Part shown: positions 58,266 through 64,000 of the stretch, one piece after another
How the letters are laid out: each line of letters begins with the position of its first letter
How positions within the stretch are numbered: the stretch's first letter is position 1
Assembly: GCA_963757565.1 (NCBI GenBank)
Contig: CAVWSB010000006.1
Coordinates: 661,301-725,300, forward strand
Direction of reading: 5' to 3'
DNA from: an uncultured Alphaproteobacteria bacterium
GTDB lineage: Bacteria; Pseudomonadota; Alphaproteobacteria; Rhizobiales; Xanthobacteraceae
Length of the DNA stretch: 64,000 bases
Notes under the pieces: generated by a model
What the model was told of the DNA's origin: nothing
The model's database searches: none
The model's input: the letters and a program-made list of their open reading frames with translations, nothing else
Made by a program: the position numbers and the translations under genes

Positions 58266-60410
58266 ATGCAAAAGCTCCTCAACAATACGCCGATCGGCAT
58301 ACGTCTGGCCGCCGCAGGCCTGATCCCGGTTCTGGCGTTTCTCTATCTTGCGGTGTCCGACGTCGTGGATGCGTTCGCGCAGCGCACCCAGGCCAGCCAG
58401 GCGCGGGTCATCGGCGCCACCATGCCGCTGATCTCGAAGCTGATCGATCAGCTGCAGCGCGAGCGCGGCCTGTCCGTCCTCGCCGTTTCGGCCGACACCG
58501 ATGCGGCGCGGAAGAATGCAGCCGCGCAGCGCGCCAATGTGGATCAGGCATCCGCGGCGATGAAGACCCGGATCGCCTCCCTTGACCCCGGCGATGCCGG
58601 CGTGCGCGCGTTCGAGGCCTTGAAGAAGGGCCTCGCCTTCGAGGAATCTCTGTCAGAGGCGCGCCGCGGTATCGACCAGCACGCGCTGGCCGCGCCGCAA
58701 GTCCTCACGGCGTACAACGCGATGGTCAATGCCCTTTCGGGAGTCGTGTATCTCGTCGCGGAGGCGCAGACCGACAGCCGGATCGCACGCCACCTCACCG
58801 CGCTTGTGGCCGTGATGGAAGCCAAAGACCGCGCCGGGCTCGAGCGCGCGATCGGCGCCCGCGGTTTTGCCACCGCACAATTTCCGGTCGGAGTATATCA
58901 GGACTTCGTTCGCCTGCGCGGCGAGCAGGATGCGCATCTGAAGACCGCCGAAAACTTCGCAATCGGGGATGCGCGCGAGACCCTCGCGCATCTGGCCGAA
59001 ACCGCTGAAGCCAAGAAGGTCGGTGAGTTTCGGGCGCTGGCCCTCAAGGCGCTCGATACCGCGGTCGCCAAGCCGGAAACCCCGGCGCAATGGTTCGAGA
59101 GCGCGAGCGCGCTTGTCGGCAAGCTTGCCGCCGTCGAACTGCGCATGTCCGATCAATTAACTGCCGATGCGGGCGCGGTCGCGGATCTTGCGGATGCGCA
59201 GGTCCGCAACCGTGCCATCCTCGTTGCCGTTTTGCTTGCGCTGGTCTGTGGCGCGCTGATGCTTGTCATTCGCAGCATTACAAAGCCGGTGCGCGAACTG
59301 GTCGCCGATGCCGCGCGGCTGGCGGACGGCGACACCTCGGTGACGTTCGAGACGGCCACGCACAAGGACGAGATCGGCACGGTCGCAAGCGCGGTCGCCA
59401 AATTCCGCGACAATGTGATCGAGCAACAGAGGGCCGCCGAGGATTTCGCGCGCGCGGTCGAGGAGCGCGATCGCCTGAACAGGAACATGGAAAACGCGGT
59501 CGAGGAATTCCGCATCGCGTCCGACCGGATTCTTGCCACCGTCAGCAATAACGCCGGCGCGATGAACGATACCGCGCAAGCGCTGATCGGCGTTGCGGGA
59601 AATGCCTCGACCCAGGCGGTTTCGGCCGCCGCCGCCTCGGAGGAAACAGCGGTCAACGTGAACACGGTCGCGGCGGCGTCGGAGGAACTTGCCAGTTCGA
59701 TTCAGGAGATCGGCCGGCAGGTCGAACAGGCGACCAACGCGGTGCGCTCCGCCGGCGCGACCACCGAACGCTCGGCGAGCGAAATCGAAGGCCTCGCCGC
59801 GGCCGGCCAGCGTATCGGCGCGGTTGTCGATCTGATCCAGGCGATCGCGGCACAAACCAATCTGCTGGCGCTCAATGCCACGATCGAGGCGGCGCGCGCG
59901 GGCGATGCAGGCCGCGGCTTCGCGGTGGTGGCATCCGAGGTGAAGAACCTCGCGGCCCAGACCGCGAAAGCGACGGAAGAGATCGGCCTGCAGGTGACGG
60001 CGATCCAGACCTCGACCAAAAGCGCTGTCAGCGCGGTCAATGAAATTGCGTCCGCGATGCGCTCGATCGACGAAGTGACCACGGCGATCGCCGGTGCGGT
60101 CGAAGAACAAGGGGCCGCTACCCGGGAGATTTCGCAAAACGTGCAGATGGCGGCGCAGGGTAGCCAAACGCTCGCCGCGAATATCTCGAACGTCAACGAG
60201 GCGATCGGCGAAACCAACCGCTCGGCCGACGCAGTCCGCGACGCCTCTGACAATGTTTCGCATGCCTCGGTCGAGCTTGCCGAGCATGTGAAGGGCTTCT
60301 TCGTGAAGCTGCGCACGGGCGCGATGAACCGGCGCGAGTCGGACGACCCGAACTACAAGGGCCCGGAGCGGCGCGAAACCCGCGGCTCACGAGCCGGCCA
60401 CGCCGCCTAA
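58266..60410 (+). CDS. methyl-accepting chemotaxis protein with NIT (nitrate/nitrite-sensing-type) periplasmic domain (MCP-4)
   Basis: ORF trimmed to [30 protein letters not shown]...[22 protein letters not shown] resembles the NIT domain, followed by TM, HAMP and the conserved signalling domain. Arg-rich tail ending in AA. Confidence 0.85.
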   Translation: MQKLLNNTPIGIRLAAAGLIPVLAFLYLAVSDVVDAFAQRTQASQARVIGATMPLISKLIDQLQRERGLSVLAVSADTDAARKNAAAQRANVDQASAAMKTRIASLDPGDAGVRAFEALKKGLAFEESLSEARRGIDQHALAAPQVLTAYNAMVNALSGVVYLVAEAQTDSRIARHLTALVAVMEAKDRAGLERAIGARGFATAQFPVGVYQDFVRLRGEQDAHLKTAENFAIGDARETLAHLAETAEAKKVGEFRALALKALDTAVAKPETPAQWFESASALVGKLAAVELRMSDQLTADAGAVADLADAQVRNRAILVAVLLALVCGALMLVIRSITKPVRELVADAARLADGDTSVTFETATHKDEIGTVASAVAKFRDNVIEQQRAAEDFARAVEERDRLNRNMENAVEEFRIASDRILATVSNNAGAMNDTAQALIGVAGNASTQAVSAAAASEETAVNVNTVAAASEELASSIQEIGRQVEQATNAVRSAGATTERSASEIEGLAAAGQRIGAVVDLIQAIAAQTNLLALNATIEAARAGDAGRGFAVVASEVKNLAAQTAKATEEIGLQVTAIQTSTKSAVSAVNEIASAMRSIDEVTTAIAGAVEEQGAATREISQNVQMAAQGSQTLAANISNVNEAIGETNRSADAVRDASDNVSHASVELAEHVKGFFVKLRTGAMNRRESDDPNYKGPERRETRGSRAGHAA

Positions 60411-60423
60411 TCTTGCCGGCGGT

Positions 60424-61206
60424 TCAGCCCGGCACCGGCACGGTATAGTTCAGCGCCAGCCGGCCGCCATCGACGTAGATCGTCTCGCCGGTGATGTAGC
60501 TTGCATCCTTCGAGGCCAGGAACGCTGCGATGGAGGCGACCTCCTCCGGCTCGGCGACACGGCCGAGCGGCGTGCGCGAGAGTAGGCGGTTCTTCGCCGC
60601 CTGGTCGGTCGCGATCCCCCTCAGGATGTCGGTCATGATCGAGCCTGGGCCGATCGCGTTGACGCGGATGCCGTGGGGCGCCAGCGAAAGCGCCATCACC
60701 TTGGTGAGCTGGTCCACTCCGCCTTTCGAGACGCAATACGGCACCTGATTGGGAATCGCGACGCGCGCGTTGACCGAGCTCATGTTGACGATCGCGCCTG
60801 GCGGCTTGCCGGCCTTCACCTGCGCGACCATCTGCTTCGCCGCCACCTGCCCCACCAGGAACATGCCCTTGAGGTTGATACGCAGCACGCGGTCGAAGTC
60901 GGCCTCCGCGATGTCGAGGAAATCCGACGTGTGGATCACGCCGGCATTGTTTACCAGGATGTCGAGATCTCCCGACACGCCGCAGGCTTCCGCCACGACA
61001 TTGCGCGCGTCGCCCGCCGCGCCCACGTCGGTGCGCACGAAGCGTGCGGCTGCACCCAGCGCCGCGGCCGCGGCCTTGCCGGCCGTCTCATCGATGTCCG
61101 CGATGACCACGCGCGCACCTTCCGTCACGTAGCGCTTGGCAATCGCAAGCCCGATACCCCGCGCCCCACCCGTCACGATTGCGGTTTTTCCCTCGAGCAT
61201 GCCCAT
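60424..61206 (-). CDS. SDR family oxidoreductase
   Basis: ORF trimmed to MGMLEGKTAIVTGGARGIGLAI. The catalytic YCVSK (YxxxK) motif is present. Confidence 0.9.
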   Translation of the reverse strand: MGMLEGKTAIVTGGARGIGLAIAKRYVTEGARVVIADIDETAGKAAAAALGAAARFVRTDVGAAGDARNVVAEACGVSGDLDILVNNAGVIHTSDFLDIAEADFDRVLRINLKGMFLVGQVAAKQMVAQVKAGKPPGAIVNMSSVNARVAIPNQVPYCVSKGGVDQLTKVMALSLAPHGIRVNAIGPGSIMTDILRGIATDQAAKNRLLSRTPLGRVAEPEEVASIAAFLASKDASYITGETIYVDGGRLALNYTVPVPG

Positions 61207-61298
61207 CGCGATCTCCCTTGCCCACCGCTTGCGCGGCGTCTGAATAACCGCCAAATCCTACCCGCGAATGCGACGAAACAGAAACCTAAGGGTCAGCC

Positions 61299-62318
61299 AT
61301 GCGTGCCGTCGGCTACAAGCGCTCCTTGCCCATCGATCAGGCCGAATCGCTGCTCGATATCGAGGCCGAGAAGCCGGTGCCGCAGGGCCGCGACCTGCTG
61401 GTCGAGGTGAAGGCGATTTCGGTCAATCCGGTCGACACCAAGGTGCGCATGCGCGCCGCCCCGAAGGACGGCGAGCCGCCGAAGATTCTGGGCTATGACG
61501 CGACGGGCGTCGTCGCAGCGACCGGCCCCGACGTGACGCTGTTCCGTCCGGGCGACGCAGTGTGGTACGCGGGTTCCATCGTCCGCGCCGGCACCAACAG
61601 CGAATTCCATCTGGTGGACGAGCGCATCGTCGGGCACAAGCCGGCGTCGCTCGATTTCGCGAGGGCTGCCGCCCTCCCCCTCACCTCCATCACGGCTTGG
61701 GAAGTGCTGTTCGACCGCTTCGGCATCGCGCGCGAAGGCGGCGCCGGACAATCGCTGCTGATCGTCGGCGGCGCGGGCGGCGTCGGCTCGATCGCAATCC
61801 AGCTTGCCACGCGGCTCACCAAGCTCAAGGTGATCGCGACCGCTTCGCGCCCGGAGACGCAAAGCTGGTGCAAGGAACTCGGCGCGCATCACGTGATCGA
61901 TCATTCCAAGCCGATGGCCGAGCAACTGAAAGCGATCGGTTTGCGCTTCGTCGACTACATTTTCGGCGTCACGCATTCGGACCAGCACTTCGACGCCATC
62001 GCGGACGTCATCGCGCCGCAGGGAAAATTTGCGCTGATCGATGATCCCAAGCCGTTCGACTTCGCGAAGCTGAAGGGCAAGAGCGCCTCGCTGCACTGGG
62101 AGGCGATGTTCACGCGCTCGACCTTCCAGACGCCGGACATGGACGCGCAGCACAAGCTGCTCAACGAAGTTGCCGCGATGGTGGATGCCGGAACCATTCG
62201 CACCACGGTTGCCGAGAACGTCGGCCGCATCAATGCCTCCAACCTCAAGCGTGCGCATGCGATGGTCGAAAGCGGACGCATGCGTGGCAAGGTTGTGCTG
62301 GAAGGGTTCGGCGCGTAA
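61299..62318 (+). CDS. zinc-binding alcohol dehydrogenase family (MDR) oxidoreductase
   Basis: 339-aa ORF with MRAVGYKRSLPIDQAESLLDIE...VKAISVNPVDTKVR and LLIVGGAGGVGSIAIQLA (Rossmann). Confidence 0.9.
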   Translation: MRAVGYKRSLPIDQAESLLDIEAEKPVPQGRDLLVEVKAISVNPVDTKVRMRAAPKDGEPPKILGYDATGVVAATGPDVTLFRPGDAVWYAGSIVRAGTNSEFHLVDERIVGHKPASLDFARAAALPLTSITAWEVLFDRFGIAREGGAGQSLLIVGGAGGVGSIAIQLATRLTKLKVIATASRPETQSWCKELGAHHVIDHSKPMAEQLKAIGLRFVDYIFGVTHSDQHFDAIADVIAPQGKFALIDDPKPFDFAKLKGKSASLHWEAMFTRSTFQTPDMDAQHKLLNEVAAMVDAGTIRTTVAENVGRINASNLKRAHAMVESGRMRGKVVLEGFGA

Positions 62319-62327
62319 GCGCACGCA

Positions 62328-63548
62328 ATGCAGGACATCGATGTCGCGGTGATCGGAGCGGGCGCGGCTGGCGTGGCGGCGGCGCGGCGGCTGCGTGAGG
62401 CTGAGGTGCCCTGCGTCGTGCTTGAAGCACGCAACCGCGTCGGCGGGCGTGCTCATACGCTGCCGGGCGAATTCGCGCTCGATCTCGGCTGCGGCTGGCT
62501 GCATTCGGCCGACGAGAACGAATGGGCCGCACTCGCGCCGGAACTCGGCTTCCAGGTGGACGATCACCCACCGCCGTGGGCGCGGCCGGCCTTCGAGGGA
62601 AATTTCTCCGCAGACGAGCAGCGGGACTACTGGGAAGAATGGCGGCGCTTTTACCGGCGAGTCAAGTCGGCCGAAGATGCCGATATCCGCATGTCCGATT
62701 GCTTCGAGCCGGGCGGGCACTTCAACGCGATGCTCGCCGCGATGATCACTTACGTGAATGGCGTCGAGGCCGAAAAACTGACCACGCGCGAATACGCGCT
62801 CTACCATGACAGCGGCAAGAACAAGCGCATCGAGCGCGGCTATGGAGCGCTCATCACCGCCGCCGCGGCCTCACTCGACGTGCGGCTCGATTGTCCGGTC
62901 ACGCTGATCGACCACTGGGGGAAGCGGCTGCGGATCACCACGCCGCAAGGCGAACTCTCGGCGCGCGCCGCGATTGTCGCCGTGCCCCCCGGTCTGCTCG
63001 CCAAGGAGACGCTGCGCCTCTCCCCGGCGCTGCCGGAAAAACTTCACGCCGCGCATGCGTTGCCGCTCGGCGTCGCCGACAAGGTTTTCCTGCGCGTCGC
63101 GAACCCGGAGGATCTGCCGGAAGATACCCGCGTGTTCGGCTCGACCACCACGCTGGATACCGGCAGCTACACACTGCGCGCCTTCGGCCGGCCGGTGATC
63201 GAGGGCTATTTCGGCGGCGCGTTCGCGCGTCAGCTCGAAACCGAAGGATTTGCGCCGTTCGCGATCGAGCAGGTTTGCGAGGCGCTCGGCAACGACATGC
63301 GCAAGCGCCTCTCGCGCATCGCCGAGTCCGCGTGGGCGCAGGACCCCTGGTCGCTCGGCTCCTACTCGTACGGGGGCAAGGGGGCGCAAGATGCGCGCGC
63401 CGCGCTCGCCGCGCCGGTGGACAACAAGCTGTTTTTCGCCGGCGAACACACCTCCGAGCACGATTTCTCCACCGCGCACGGGGCCCATCGCACCGGTACG
63501 CGCGCGGCGGACCAAGCCATCATGGCGTTGCAGGCGGGGCTGGCATGA
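62328..63548 (+). CDS. FAD-dependent amine oxidase-family oxidoreductase
   Basis: 406-aa ORF with DVAVIGAGAAGVAAARRL...VLEARNRVGGR (dinucleotide-binding motif) and C-terminal FFAGEHTS. Confidence 0.85.
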   Translation: MQDIDVAVIGAGAAGVAAARRLREAEVPCVVLEARNRVGGRAHTLPGEFALDLGCGWLHSADENEWAALAPELGFQVDDHPPPWARPAFEGNFSADEQRDYWEEWRRFYRRVKSAEDADIRMSDCFEPGGHFNAMLAAMITYVNGVEAEKLTTREYALYHDSGKNKRIERGYGALITAAAASLDVRLDCPVTLIDHWGKRLRITTPQGELSARAAIVAVPPGLLAKETLRLSPALPEKLHAAHALPLGVADKVFLRVANPEDLPEDTRVFGSTTTLDTGSYTLRAFGRPVIEGYFGGAFARQLETEGFAPFAIEQVCEALGNDMRKRLSRIAESAWAQDPWSLGSYSYGGKGAQDARAALAAPVDNKLFFAGEHTSEHDFSTAHGAHRTGTRAADQAIMALQAGLA

Positions 63549-63840
63549 GCGGCACAAGCCCGGCATGCATCCGCGCGATCCCGCATTCTGGATCGCCGGG
63601 CTCGCAGGCGCGGCACACGTCCGGCCGTACCGCGTAGATCATGCAGGCGGTCGCGACGCCGACTTCTCCGGCAAGCGCCGCGCAGCGGTTACCCGTGCAG
63701 CGCATCCCGTTTCCCGCCGGATCGATCAGCGCCGCCGGAATGCGGCCGAGGGCCAGGTCACTCTCCAGCGAAAAACGGGGCCAGTCGGACGAATGCGCGC
63801 AGCAGGCGCCGCACGCCTGACAGGGACTGGCGGACTGCAA
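63520..63840 (-). CDS. YkgJ-family Cys-cluster protein (UPF0153)
   Basis: 106-aa ORF with CQACGACCAH near the N-terminus and C..Y..RP..C......C near the C-terminus. Confidence 0.7.
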   Translation of the reverse strand: MQSASPCQACGACCAHSSDWPRFSLESDLALGRIPAALIDPAGNGMRCTGNRCAALAGEVGVATACMIYAVRPDVCRACEPGDPECGIARMHAGLVPLMPAPPATP

Positions 63841-63842
63841 CG

Positions 63843-64000
63843 CTATTTCTCGTCGAGCTCTTCCAGCATCGGGACACCGCCGGCATCCCCGCTTGCCTCT
63901 TCGCCCTCGCCTTCGGCCTCGGCCACCTCGGCGTCCTCCTCAACCTCGGCGCCGTCCTCGACCTCGTCCTTGTCGTCATCTGGGACGCCCGGCGCCTCGG
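63843..64000 (-). CDS. partial CDS, acidic C-terminal tail of an unidentified protein (continues past window end)
   Basis: Own minus-strand translation: ...PEAPGVPDDDKDEVEDGAEVEEDAEVAEAEGEGEEASGDAGGVPMLEELDEK* with TAG at 63843-63845. Identity cannot be determined. Confidence 0.35.
   Translation of the reverse strand, partial: EAPGVPDDDKDEVEDGAEVEEDAEVAEAEGEGEEASGDAGGVPMLEELDEK

Overview
High-GC alphaproteobacterial chromosomal segment. Gene order and the GTCAT...ATGAC-bounded palindromic intergenic elements look Bradyrhizobiaceae/Nitrobacteraceae-like, but that is inference only. Most of the window is core housekeeping: tolQ-tolR-tolA-tolB-pal; ruvC-ruvA-ruvB-NUDIX-ybgC; yebC; zapA-6S RNA-5-formyl-THF cyclo-ligase; tkt-gap-pgk-fba; suhB; rpmE; rnhA-thrB. 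It also holds cell-cycle-associated small genes (RcdA-like DUF1465, DUF1192, DUF1013/TrcR-like), a 7TM-PAS-GGDEF-EAL protein, and a tandem array of four chemoreceptor genes, one globin-coupled and one with a NIT domain. Accessory content is limited to two type II TA modules (vapBC, higBA) and a roughly 9 kb regulator/detox/transport block between ybgC and tolQ. I found no CRISPR array, tRNA, rRNA, transposase, integrase or recognisable defence island. At least six conserved genes (tolQ, PhyH-like, ruvB, yebC, ymdB-like, globin-coupled MCP) are each broken by a single-nucleotide indel. This looks more like a sequence-quality problem than biology, but it needs read-level checking. The most interesting unexplained signals are (i) about 540 nt of ORF-free, GC-rich, hairpin-dense sequence between two MCP genes, (ii) a TTAA-N7-TTAA (CtrA-type) box followed by an sRNA-like unit next to the RcdA-like gene, and (iii) an orphan MotA/MotB-like stator pair with a long coiled coil. 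I do not see convincing evidence of a novel multi-gene system, and the scores reflect that.
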